Assembly (NCBI GenBank): GCA_965228735.1
Contig: OZ245838.1
Location: forward strand, 2,560,001-2,624,000
DNA from: Planctomycetota bacterium
Lineage (GTDB): Bacteria; Planctomycetota; UBA1135; UBA2386
Reading direction: 5' to 3'
Length of the DNA: 64,000 bases
This document shows positions 1 through 9,110 of the stretch, one piece after another (within the stretch, counting starts at the first letter, position 1; each line of letters starts with the position of its first letter). The position numbers were made by a program, and so were the translations under genes. The notes below the pieces were generated by a model that did no database searches, had not been told where the DNA came from, and was given only the letters and a program-made list of their open reading frames with translations.

Positions 1-1
1 C

Positions 2-595
2 GTCGTCGTGCTCGTCGACTACACCGGCTCGGTCGGCTACGGCGAGGCGTTCGCGCGCGCGATCCAGGGCGACCCGCTGCGGACCCCGGGCCACGACCTG
101 CTGCACGCCGCCAGGGCCGCGGCCGAGAAGTTCGCGTTCGTCGACCTCGAACGCCAGGCCGCGCTCGGCGCGAGCTACGGCGGCCACCTCGCGAACTGGA
201 TGCTCGCGACGACCGACCACTTCCGCTGCCTCGTCGGGCACGCCGGCCTCGTGTCCCTCGAAGGGCAATGGGCAACGAGCGACGTCATCCACCACCGCGA
301 GCTCAACAACGGCGGCCCGCCCTGGGGCGACAGCACGATCTGGCGCGAGCAGAGTCCGTCGACGTTCGCCGCGAACTTCAAGACACCGACGCTGCTGACC
401 GTCGGTGAATCGGACTATCGCGTGCCGCTCAACCAGACGATCGCCGCGTGGTCATACATGCAGCGCCAGCAGTGTCCGGGCCGCCTCATCGTGTTCCACA
501 AGGCCAACCACTGGATCATGCGCGGCGCCGACGCACGCTACTTCTGGAACGAGGTGCACGCCTGGCTCGCGCAGCACCTCGCCGCCGGGCGGTAG
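2..595 (+). CDS. S9 family serine peptidase (prolyl oligopeptidase/acylaminoacyl peptidase), C-terminal part; 5' end lies outside the window
   Basis: Nucleophile elbow GASYGG, GESDYRVP (catalytic Asp), NHW (catalytic His), and DYTGSVGYG typical of S9C peptidases. Confidence 0.9.
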   Translation, partial: VVVLVDYTGSVGYGEAFARAIQGDPLRTPGHDLLHAARAAAEKFAFVDLERQAALGASYGGHLANWMLATTDHFRCLVGHAGLVSLEGQWATSDVIHHRELNNGGPPWGDSTIWREQSPSTFAANFKTPTLLTVGESDYRVPLNQTIAAWSYMQRQQCPGRLIVFHKANHWIMRGADARYFWNEVHAWLAQHLAAGR

Positions 596-607
596 CCGGT
601 TGCCGGC

Positions 608-1540
608 TCAGGTCAGCGACGCCGAACCGAGCAGCGAGTTCACAAGCTGCAGCACGCCGAACGCGACGGCCCCGAAGCCGAGCAGCACGGCCAGCGCGAC
701 GAACGCCTGGCTGTTGGAGACCCGGTGCACCGCGCGGTAGAGCACGAGCGCGAAGATCGAGTTGCCGGCGATCATCACGCCGGTCGCGGCGTTCGTGTCG
801 GGCACGGCCGCGATCTGCACACCGGCGAGGATCATCGTGACGACCGCGAGGCCGACGCTGCGGCCGAAGGCCGGATGCTCCGCGCCCGCTACGAGCACCG
901 AGCTCTGGATCATCAGCGACAGTCCCGAGAACAGCAGCAGCCCGAGGCTGATCCACTGGAACGGGCTCGTCGGCCGGAGCCATGGGTACTGGCGTTCGAC
1001 GGCTTCGATTCGGCGACCGAACCGCGTCGTCGCGGCCGGCTTCGGCGTCGCCGGTTCGTTGGTCGGACGCGCAGCCGCGCCCTTCGCAGGATTCTTCGCC
1101 GCAGGATCACCCGCGGCAGCCGCGTCGGACTCCGACTCGGAGCCGTCCGACCCGTCGGCCTCGGTCGCCGGGTCATCGCCCTCGCCCTCACCTTCACCCG
1201 CCGGCACGGCGACCTCGCCGGCAGGCGCAGCCGGTGGCTGCGCCGCAGGATCGGTCGCGGGCCGCGGATCCTGAGAGCCGGACGGTTCGGCGGTCTCGGC
1301 CGCCGGGTCCGCTCCCGCCGCCGGCGCCGGCATCGGTTCGAAGCGGCACTGCTTGATGTCGCCCGCCGGGATCGTGACGATCTTGTTCCCGACGACGAGT
1401 TCGAGACCCTTCAGGTCCATGCCGACGACGCGGCCGACGACCTCGTTGCCGTTCTCGAGCAGTACATGAGCCCGGCGTTCCTGGGCTACCGCAGGCAACG
1501 ACAACCCGAGCAACATCGCGAACAGGATCCAGGCGCGCAT
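608..1540 (-). CDS. Hypothetical membrane protein: signal peptide, small beta domain, long Pro/Ala/acidic linker, ~4 C-terminal TM helices
   Basis: ATG at 1540 starts MRAWILFAMLLGLSLPAVAQ; hydrophobic C-terminal segments; coding-like codon usage. Confidence 0.75.
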   Translation of the reverse strand: MRAWILFAMLLGLSLPAVAQERRAHVLLENGNEVVGRVVGMDLKGLELVVGNKIVTIPAGDIKQCRFEPMPAPAAGADPAAETAEPSGSQDPRPATDPAAQPPAAPAGEVAVPAGEGEGEGDDPATEADGSDGSESESDAAAAGDPAAKNPAKGAAARPTNEPATPKPAATTRFGRRIEAVERQYPWLRPTSPFQWISLGLLLFSGLSLMIQSSVLVAGAEHPAFGRSVGLAVVTMILAGVQIAAVPDTNAATGVMIAGNSIFALVLYRAVHRVSNSQAFVALAVLLGFGAVAFGVLQLVNSLLGSASLT

Positions 1541-1595
1541 GTCCACAATTTCGGCAGATACCCCAACCAGCCTGAGCGCCTTGCGCTTGGACCCC

Positions 1596-2510
1596 ATGCG
1601 AACGTTCTTTGCGACCCTGATCTCCGGCCGCCTATGTCCGGGTCTCGTCCTTCTGGGCCTCGTCCTGGTGGGCGGCCTCGCGGCGCCGATGGCGGCGCAG
1701 GAACAGGGCCCCGAGAAGCCCGCCGATCTGGCCGCGCTCGCAGCCCTCGTCGACCGCGCCCACCACCCCGACGGGCCGGTCGAACCGATCGTCGGGTTCA
1801 AAGCCGCGTTGTCGATCGAGCTCGTGGCCGCCGAAGCGGAACAGGCCGGCCAGGTCGACCTCGGCGTGCGCTACCTGCGCCACCAGAGAGAGGGCCGCAA
1901 GCGCGCCACGCACTTCATCCGCTATGACGTGAAGGGCACGGACCGCGAGATCGAGCGCGGGTTCGACGCCTATGGCCCGTGGCAGCTCGAGCAGGGCAAA
2001 GCCGCGAACATCACGGAGGCCGACACCGAGGACCGCGCGGCATTGCGCGAGCACACGATGCTCGCGCGTCAGCTCGTGCGGTTCCTCGATCCGGCCGCGG
2101 TGCTGCGGTCGCTCGGTGACCCGACGCCGATCGCTGCTGGCGAGTACACCGTCGGGCGCCGGCAGGGGATTCCGTGCTGGGTCGTCGAAGGCAGCCTCGA
2201 GCGCTTCCCGCTGCAGCGCCTCGGCGGCGCCGAGCAAGCGGTCCGGCTCGAGGTCCTCGTGCGACAGAGCGACGGCCGCCTCATCGCCGTGCGCGCCACG
2301 CCCGTCGTGGCCGGCAAGCCGATCCCGGCGCAGGCCGAGATGGTACGGTTCGACAACTACAAGCCGAAGAACGGCCTGCTCGTGCCGAAGGGCCTCCTCG
2401 TGTCGCACCTCGATGCCGCCGGCAAGTGGCGATCGCAGTCGCGGGTGCTCGTCACGGAACTCGACCTTCGCCCCGAGCTCACGCCGGACGACTTCGCGCG
2501 GCCGAAGTAG
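1596..2510 (+). CDS. Secreted hypothetical protein (beta-rich, possibly LolA-like fold)
   Basis: Signal peptide ending ...GGLAAPMAAQ; divergent from the previous gene; the fold is a guess. Confidence 0.7.
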   Translation: MRTFFATLISGRLCPGLVLLGLVLVGGLAAPMAAQEQGPEKPADLAALAALVDRAHHPDGPVEPIVGFKAALSIELVAAEAEQAGQVDLGVRYLRHQREGRKRATHFIRYDVKGTDREIERGFDAYGPWQLEQGKAANITEADTEDRAALREHTMLARQLVRFLDPAAVLRSLGDPTPIAAGEYTVGRRQGIPCWVVEGSLERFPLQRLGGAEQAVRLEVLVRQSDGRLIAVRATPVVAGKPIPAQAEMVRFDNYKPKNGLLVPKGLLVSHLDAAGKWRSQSRVLVTELDLRPELTPDDFARPK

Positions 2511-2527
2511 CCCGATCCTCGCGCGGG

Positions 2528-4396
2528 TCAGCAGCGCCGTCGGAAGTAACGCTCGAGCTCGGCGCTGCTGAACGTGAGCACCGTCGGCCGCCCGTGCGGG
2601 CAGTTGTGCGGGTGCTCGAGCGTCGCGGCTTCGGCGAGCAGCGCCTCGATCTCGGGCTGCGTCAGGCGATCCCCGCTCATGATCGCGGAGCGGCAGGCCA
2701 TCGAGTGGAAGCGTTCGTGAATCTGGTCGTCGAGCTTGTTGCGGCCCTCGCCCGGCTCACCGTCGAGCAGTGCGCGCACCAGCTTCTCCGGGTCGGCGCG
2801 GTGCAGCACGGCCGGCAGCCCGTAGACCCCGACCGCGGCCGGGCCGAGCTGGTCGAGCAGCAGACCCGATTCGGCGAACGCGTCCTTGCACTCGAGCAGC
2901 CACTGCAGCTCGGTCGGTGAGACCTCGACGGGAGCTGGCGTCACGAGCCGCTGCACCGCGACGTTCTGCTCGGCGTGCGCGCGCTGCAGGCGTTCGTACA
3001 TCACGCGTTCGTGCAGCGCGTGCTGGTCGACGACCATGAGGCCGTCGGGGCCCTCGAGCAGCACGTAGAGGTCCATGATCTGCAGGAATCGCTGCACGCC
3101 GTGCTCGAACGGGTTGGGGCGGGCGGACTCCGCGCCCGGCGCCGGAGCCGCGGCCCCACCGCTCGCAGCCCCACCGCCAGCAGCGCGGTGCAGCGGCCGC
3201 TCGGCGGCCGCCGTCTCGCGTACGGTCGCCGCGCCGTCCGCGCCCGCGCCGGGACTCGACGCCGAACGCGACGGCATCGCCGGGTCGCCGAAGAGCCCGG
3301 CCGGCAACGGCCCAGGCGGAGACGTTGCGGCCGGCAGCTGCCCGCGGGGGAAGCCGGAGTGCGCGCGCGGCCGATCGGCATCGAGCACGACGCCGCCGGC
3401 CGACTGATGCAGACCGCGATCGGCGAGCGCTGCGCGCACGGTCTCGTGCAGGCACCCGGCGACGGCGCGCGAGTCGACGAAGCGCACCTCGGCCTTGCGC
3501 GGATGGATGTTCACGTCGACCTGCTCGGGCGGCAGCGTCACCTGCAGCGCGTAGATCGGGAAGCGCCCGCCCATCAGGTACTCGCGGTAGGCCTGCCGGA
3601 TCGCGAAGAACGCGCTCTTCTCGCGCGCGAGTCGGCCGTTGACGTAGCACAGCTCGAGCTTGCTGTCGCGGCGCGCGAGGTCGGGCTCGCCGATGATGCC
3701 CTCGACGGACAGCTGCGAGAACTGGCGCGACACCGGCAGCAGGCCCTTGCCGAGCCGCTGGCCGAAGCATCGCGTGAACCGTTCGGCGAGCGTCGCGTCG
3801 GCCGGCAGCCGCAGCACCTCCTTGCCCTCGACGACGAGCGTGAAGCCGACGTCGAGGCGCGCGAGCGACACCTCGGCGAGCATCTCCTGGACGCGCGCCT
3901 TCTCCGCGCCGGCCGTCTTGAGGAAGCGTCGTCGGGCCGGCACGTTGAAGAACAGGTCGCGGATCTCGATCGTCGTCCCGGTCGGGCAACCGCACGGCGC
4001 GGGCTCGGTCTCGCGCCCGCCCTCGGTGCGCACCTCCCACCCTTCGTCGTTGTCCGCGCGCCGGCTGCGGATCGTGGCGCGCGAGACGGCGCCGATCGAC
4101 GCGAGCGCCTCGCCGCGGAAGCCGAGGCTCGCGATGTGATCGAGGTCGTGCACCTCCGACAGTTTGCTCGTCGCGTGGCTCGCGAACGCGAGCGGCATGT
4201 CCTCCGGCAGAAAACCGTGCCCGTCGTCGATGATCCGGATGAGCTCCGCACCGCCTCCGGCGATCTCGATGCGCACCGACCGCGCGCCGGCGTCGAGCGA
4301 GTTCTCGACGAGCTCCTTCACGACGGAGCTCGGCCGCTCGACGACTTCGCCCGCCGCGATCTGGTTCACGACGGCCGTTGGCAGCTTCCTGATCAC
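2528..4396 (-). CDS. mutL: DNA mismatch repair endonuclease MutL
   Basis: IAAGEVVERP..VVKELVENSLDAGA, HATSK, LGFRGEAL, DVNIHPRK; C-terminal DQHALHERVMYE, ACR and CPHGRP endonuclease motifs; QRLVTP clamp-binding-like motif. Confidence 0.98.
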   Translation of the reverse strand: MIRKLPTAVVNQIAAGEVVERPSSVVKELVENSLDAGARSVRIEIAGGGAELIRIIDDGHGFLPEDMPLAFASHATSKLSEVHDLDHIASLGFRGEALASIGAVSRATIRSRRADNDEGWEVRTEGGRETEPAPCGCPTGTTIEIRDLFFNVPARRRFLKTAGAEKARVQEMLAEVSLARLDVGFTLVVEGKEVLRLPADATLAERFTRCFGQRLGKGLLPVSRQFSQLSVEGIIGEPDLARRDSKLELCYVNGRLAREKSAFFAIRQAYREYLMGGRFPIYALQVTLPPEQVDVNIHPRKAEVRFVDSRAVAGCLHETVRAALADRGLHQSAGGVVLDADRPRAHSGFPRGQLPAATSPPGPLPAGLFGDPAMPSRSASSPGAGADGAATVRETAAAERPLHRAAGGGAASGGAAAPAPGAESARPNPFEHGVQRFLQIMDLYVLLEGPDGLMVVDQHALHERVMYERLQRAHAEQNVAVQRLVTPAPVEVSPTELQWLLECKDAFAESGLLLDQLGPAAVGVYGLPAVLHRADPEKLVRALLDGEPGEGRNKLDDQIHERFHSMACRSAIMSGDRLTQPEIEALLAEAATLEHPHNCPHGRPTVLTFSSAELERYFRRRC

Positions 4397-5589
4397 AGTT
4401 CGAGGTCCTTGCTGGTCGGAACGGGCGTGCCTTCGAACCAGTGCGACAAGAACCGCTCCAGCACGATCTCGGGGTCCTCGCCCTGCATGCGGATCATGCG
4501 CTGGCCGTGATGCAACGCGAGCAGGCCGCGGCGCAGCTGCGCGAGATCGTTCTTCTTCACCCCCGCGACGAAGCGCTCCTGGAACGCGCGCACGCCCATT
4601 CGACCGGCGAGGTCGCGCGACGACACGCCGCCGTCGAGCATCACGCGGCCCTCGTAGGTCTGCGCGAGCTGCTGGTAGAGCCAGCTCGACGCGAACGGGA
4701 ACAGGCCGCCGGCCTCCATCTTGCTGCCGTCGCGGCTCTTGACCCCGCGTGCGAACATCGCGGTGAGCGACCGCTGCGCGGCGCGGCGATCGCCTGCGAG
4801 CACCGCCTCGGCGAACTCGAACGGCGTCGATTCGAAGCCGATGTTGAGGTGCGCCTTGAGGTCGTCGGGCCGCAGCGCCGGCCGATTCTTGTCGCTGCCG
4901 AGCACGTCGCGCAGGCGGTGCAACTCGGCCACGAGTTCACCGGGCTGTTTGCTCACGCGGGCGACGATCGTCCACGCCGCCTCGGGCGTCAGCGGAATCC
5001 CGAGCCGCTTCGCGCGCGTCTCGACCCAGCCGCAGAGTTCGCCCTCGAGCGGGCCGCGCGCGCGGTCGTACGGCATCTCCCAGAGGTCGCGGAACTCGAA
5101 CACCGACCCCTTCTCGGTCCAGTGTTTGAGGAACGCCGAAACGGCGCGCTTGCGCTTCTCGAACTTGGGTGCTTCGAGGATCACGCCGCAACCCTCGCCG
5201 AACGTGTCGGCCTGTTCGACGAGCGTCGTCGCGAACTTGCCCCACCAGTTCTTCGCCCGCCGGACGCAGAGGAAGGCGCGCTTGGCGAAGAGGCCGCCAC
5301 CGCGGAGATCGAGCAGCTCCGGGCAGTCGCCGATGCCGACCTCGCCCGCGCTCGTCGCCGGCGCGTCGTCCTCGGCATCGTCGTCGTCGCTGCCGCCACG
5401 CGCCGGCCGCAGCTCCTGCGCATCGATGACGCGGAGGTCCGCTTCCTCGCCGACCGATGCGAGCAGGAGGTCGAGGGCCTCGCGGCGGAAGAAGTCGTTG
5501 CTGCCCATGATGACCGTGACCGCGGGCAGCCCCTGCTTGCCGAGCCGGGCAACGCGTTTCAGGACTTCTTCGGGGTGCGGAACGGCCAT
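4393..5589 (-). CDS. holA: DNA polymerase III delta subunit (HolA-like)
   Basis: ATG at 5589 overlaps the ubiA stop; VTVIMGSNDFFRREA, GLFAKRAFLCVR and WVETRAKRLGIPLTPEAA..ELHRL follow the delta-subunit pattern; 4-nt overlap with mutL. Confidence 0.8.
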   Translation of the reverse strand: MAVPHPEEVLKRVARLGKQGLPAVTVIMGSNDFFRREALDLLLASVGEEADLRVIDAQELRPARGGSDDDDAEDDAPATSAGEVGIGDCPELLDLRGGGLFAKRAFLCVRRAKNWWGKFATTLVEQADTFGEGCGVILEAPKFEKRKRAVSAFLKHWTEKGSVFEFRDLWEMPYDRARGPLEGELCGWVETRAKRLGIPLTPEAAWTIVARVSKQPGELVAELHRLRDVLGSDKNRPALRPDDLKAHLNIGFESTPFEFAEAVLAGDRRAAQRSLTAMFARGVKSRDGSKMEAGGLFPFASSWLYQQLAQTYEGRVMLDGGVSSRDLAGRMGVRAFQERFVAGVKKNDLAQLRRGLLALHHGQRMIRMQGEDPEIVLERFLSHWFEGTPVPTSKDLEL

Positions 5590-6512
5590 CAGCGGAGCGG
5601 GGCGACGACGTAGAGATCGAGGCAGGCCGTGAGGAACAACACGACCGCGATCGCACCGTTGGCCGTGAAGAACGCGGCCTGGATGCGAGAGAGATCCGTC
5701 GGGCGCAGCAACCGATGTTGCCAGACGAGCAGGCCGGCGCCAAGCAGCAGCCCGACCGCGTAACCCGGGCCGAGCGGCGCCTGGTAACCGAACGCCGCAA
5801 ACAGCGCGAACGCCACGACGTGGAGCGCCCGACTGATCCACATGGCCCCGCGCGCGCCGAGGCGGGCCGGGATCGAGCGCAGCCCGTTCCGCTGATCGAA
5901 CGCGAGGTCCTGGCACGCGTAGAGGATGTCGAAGCCCGCGACCCAGAGCGCGACCCCGCCGCCGAGCATCACGGCGAGCCAGGTGGCTTCCGAGAGTTCG
6001 CCGGTGACCGCGACCCATGCCGCAACCGGCGAGATCCCGAGGGCGACGCCGAGCCACAGATGGCAGAGCGCGGAGAAGCGCTTCACATGGCTGTAGGCGA
6101 GCAGCCAGCCGAGCGTCGGGATCCCGAGCCAGAAGCACAGCGGCGCGAGCAGCCAGCAAACCGCGAGGAACACCGCGCCACTGACGAGCGTGAGCAGCAG
6201 CGCCTGCCGCGGGCGAATCACCCCGGCCGGAATCTCGCGGCCGGCGGTGCGCGGGTTCGCCGCGTCGATCGCACGATCGGCGTAGCGGTTGTAGGCCATG
6301 GCAGCCGTGCGCGCACTGACGACGGCGGCGACGACGAGCAGGAGCGTGCGAAAGCCCGGCGCCCCCGCCGATGCCACGAGCAACGCGAGCAACGCGAATG
6401 GCAACGCGAAGATCGAGTGCGAGAGCTTGACCAGTGACGCGTAGTCGCGCAGGCCGGGCCGACCCGACCCCGCACGCTCGTTCTGCGCGACGTTCGAATC
6501 GGCAGCGCTCAC
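5589..6512 (-). CDS. ubiA: UbiA-family polyprenyltransferase (MqnP-like, menaquinone pathway)
   Basis: SLVKLSHSIFALPFA, ARTAAMAYNRYADRAIDAANPRT, GFDILYACQD..FD...GLRSIP; GTG start overlaps the ubiX stop. Confidence 0.93.
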   Translation of the reverse strand: MSAADSNVAQNERAGSGRPGLRDYASLVKLSHSIFALPFALLALLVASAGAPGFRTLLLVVAAVVSARTAAMAYNRYADRAIDAANPRTAGREIPAGVIRPRQALLLTLVSGAVFLAVCWLLAPLCFWLGIPTLGWLLAYSHVKRFSALCHLWLGVALGISPVAAWVAVTGELSEATWLAVMLGGGVALWVAGFDILYACQDLAFDQRNGLRSIPARLGARGAMWISRALHVVAFALFAAFGYQAPLGPGYAVGLLLGAGLLVWQHRLLRPTDLSRIQAAFFTANGAIAVVLFLTACLDLYVVAPLR

Positions 6513-7177
6513 TCGTCCTCGCCCTCCTGGAACGGCGAACCATCGCGCGCGGTCGGGGTCTTCCACCGCCGGAACAGCTCGTGTTCGAGACCCAGGCGAT
6601 CGAGGATCTTGCCGACGACGAAATCGACGAGCTCGCCGATCGACTGCGGCCGGTGGTAGAAGCCCGGCATCGCGGGGAGCACGACGACGCCGAGCCGCGC
6701 GAGCTTGAGCATGTTCTCGAGGTGGATGACCGACAGCGGCGTCTCGCGCGGCACGACGACGAGCGGTCGCCCTTCCTTGATCGCGACGTCCGCGGCGCGT
6801 TCGACGAGGTTGCTCGACCAGCCGTGCGCAACGCGCGCGAGCGTGCCCATGCTGCACGGCACGATGACCGTGGCGTGCAGCCTGGCGCTGCCCGACGCCG
6901 GCGTCGACTCCACGGCTCCGAGGGCGTGGACGGTGAGCCGCGACCGCAACGCGGCCGGGAAGAGCGCCGCGAGGTCGTGGACGTCCTCGACGCCGGCTTC
7001 GTGACGCAGCACCCGCCGCGCGGCGCCCGTCGCCGTGAGGTGCACCTCGTGACCGAGCTCGAGCAGGGCCTCGACGAGGCGCTGGCCGTAGGCGACGCCG
7101 CTGCCGCCGCTCCAGCAGACGGCGAAGCGCTGCGGGCTCGCCGCCGGTCGGTCGGTCACGTTCGTATCGTCGACCAT
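6509..7177 (-). CDS. ubiX: Flavin prenyltransferase UbiX (MqnL-like)
   Basis: SGGSGVAYG, ASGS, VPCSMGTLA, SNLVERAADVAIKEGRPLVVVPRETP, PAMPGFYHRP. Confidence 0.96.
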   Translation of the reverse strand: MVDDTNVTDRPAASPQRFAVCWSGGSGVAYGQRLVEALLELGHEVHLTATGAARRVLRHEAGVEDVHDLAALFPAALRSRLTVHALGAVESTPASGSARLHATVIVPCSMGTLARVAHGWSSNLVERAADVAIKEGRPLVVVPRETPLSVIHLENMLKLARLGVVVLPAMPGFYHRPQSIGELVDFVVGKILDRLGLEHELFRRWKTPTARDGSPFQEGEDE

Positions 7178-7182
7178 TCGAC

Positions 7183-8001
7183 TCACGCGGGCTGGGTCAG
7201 GTAATAGTGCACGTCGTAGAGCGTGTGCGTGTAGACGCAGACACCGTAGCCCCGGAACCACATGAGCAGGCCGAGCAGGATGCCGGCCATCGTGCGGAAC
7301 ACGAAGCGTGTCTGGTCGAACGGCTCGCCGCACAGGTGGTGGAACCACGAGAACACGAGCGCGCTGCCCAGCACGGCGAGGACGCCGACGATCCACTTCG
7401 GCAGGCTCCACGCGCGGATCGCGCGCACGCCGATCCACACGAGCACGGACATGAGGCCGAGTCGGAACACCAGTTCTTCGAAGATGCCGGCGCCGAGCGA
7501 TCCGACCAGGTCGAGCACGAGCTCGTTCGAGTCTCCGATCGGACCGGGGACGGCTGCGTTCCCGAACGGGGCGCCGATCTCGAGCAACCGAACGGCAGAC
7601 GACGTCATCGCGGCCGCACTCGGGCCGAGCAGCAGGCCGTAGACGGTGCCTTCGAGCGCGAGCACGGCGGCGACGCGCAGCCATGGCACGTTCCGGCGCA
7701 GCAACGAGCGCGCGGCGAGGAACAGCAGCACGGCGAAGCTCACGCGCAACGCGAGCAGTCCGTACCAGCCGAGCCGACCGACCTCCTGCAGGAGCAGGAC
7801 CTCGGCGCCGTTGCGATCCTGTGGCGCGAGCCAGAGGCGCAGGCTCTCGTAGAGCACCCACAGCGGCAGCACCGCGAAGAGCCCGACCGCCGGGTCCGCC
7901 GACCAGGCGAGGTAGCCAGTCGCTGGCCGGGCAATCTGACCCTTGCCCTTGGCCTTGGCGCGGCCACCCGTCGCCTGCTTGTCAGCGCGTGACTTCGCCA
8001 C
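7183..8001 (-). CDS. CPBP/Abi (CAAX-type) intramembrane glutamic endopeptidase
   Basis: EELVFR (EExxxR), FSWFHH (FxxxH) and HTLYD (HxxxB) motifs in a multi-TM protein. Confidence 0.88.
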   Translation of the reverse strand: MAKSRADKQATGGRAKAKGKGQIARPATGYLAWSADPAVGLFAVLPLWVLYESLRLWLAPQDRNGAEVLLLQEVGRLGWYGLLALRVSFAVLLFLAARSLLRRNVPWLRVAAVLALEGTVYGLLLGPSAAAMTSSAVRLLEIGAPFGNAAVPGPIGDSNELVLDLVGSLGAGIFEELVFRLGLMSVLVWIGVRAIRAWSLPKWIVGVLAVLGSALVFSWFHHLCGEPFDQTRFVFRTMAGILLGLLMWFRGYGVCVYTHTLYDVHYYLTQPA

Positions 8002-8701
8002 GGTAGAGGGCCGCGATGCCGCCCGTGAGGATCGACTGCCGCGGCGCCGAGAGTCCGGCGGCGGTCATGAGCTCGAGGAACCGTTCACGTTCGGGGAACG
8101 CCTGCACCGAGTCGTGCAGGTACTGATACGCATCGCACCGCGCCCCGGAGATCCAGCCGCCGAGCTTCGGCAACACGCGGTTGAAGTAGAACGAATAGAC
8201 CGAGCGGAACACGGGCGCCTTCGGCCGACAGAACTCGAGCACGAGCACGCGCCCACCGGGCTTCACCACCCGCGCCATCTCACGCAGCCCGGCCAGCGGA
8301 TCCGCCACGTTCCGGATCCCGAACGCCACGGTCGCGAAGTCGAACGTCGAATCGCCGAACGGCAACGCCAGCGTGTCCGCCGCGAGAAACTCGGGCGGCC
8401 CCGCGACCACCGAACCGGCAGCCGCACTGCGCACCACCCCCCGCTTGTCGTGCGCCCGCACCAGCATCGGCGCACAGAAGTCCGTCGCGATCACCCGAGC
8501 GCCGGCCCGCTCCAGAGCGAACGCCAGATCCCCGGTCCCCGAACACGCATCGAGTCCCAGCTCCCCCGCCTTCGCCCCGACGAACCGCACCGCCCGCCGC
8601 CGCCAATACCGATCGACCCCGAACGACAGCGCCAGATTGGCCCGGTCATACCCCGGCGCCACCTCGGCAAACATCCGCTGAATCGTCCCGCCATCCGGCA
8701 T
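7982..8701 (-). CDS. ubiE: Ubiquinone/menaquinone biosynthesis C-methyltransferase UbiE/MenG
   Basis: MFAEVAPGYDRANLALSFGVDRYWRR, LDACSGTGDLA, AFGIRNV, AYQYLHDSVQAFP. Confidence 0.95.
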   Translation of the reverse strand: MPDGGTIQRMFAEVAPGYDRANLALSFGVDRYWRRRAVRFVGAKAGELGLDACSGTGDLAFALERAGARVIATDFCAPMLVRAHDKRGVVRSAAAGSVVAGPPEFLAADTLALPFGDSTFDFATVAFGIRNVADPLAGLREMARVVKPGGRVLVLEFCRPKAPVFRSVYSFYFNRVLPKLGGWISGARCDAYQYLHDSVQAFPERERFLELMTAAGLSAPRQSILTGGIAALYRGEVTR

Positions 8702-8822
8702 CGTCGAACCACCATAAGCCGAGACCAAACCCGATCCCAGGCACCCCCGGACAACCCGCAACCACCCCCCGAATTCCGGGGGCGGGCGGGCGGGACGGAA
8801 AGAGAGGAGGCCAAACCAACAG

Positions 8823-8863
<41 letters not shown>

Positions 8864-9110
8864 TGGCCACGCCCCGTAAGCCTCCTACTCCCCCCGGCGC
8901 CTGCGCCGCAGCCTCCTGCCGCGCGCGTTCCACGAGCCCCCCACCCGCGCCCCGGCCCGCCAAAACCCAAAGCGCGCGCCCACCCGCAAGCAAGGTGGAA
9001 CGCGCGCACCCGTCACTGCGTGCGGGCGCCAGTTGCTCTAGCTCCCCGCCGAGTGGGCATTCGCCCAGCAGTGACGACAATCGCAGTAACGATCGCGCGA
9101 AGCGCGAGCG

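Noticed and set aside
5590..6831. Upstream half of the 812-aa ORF 4393..6831
   Set aside because: Out-of-frame overlap with ubiA/ubiX; the real gene (holA) starts at 5589
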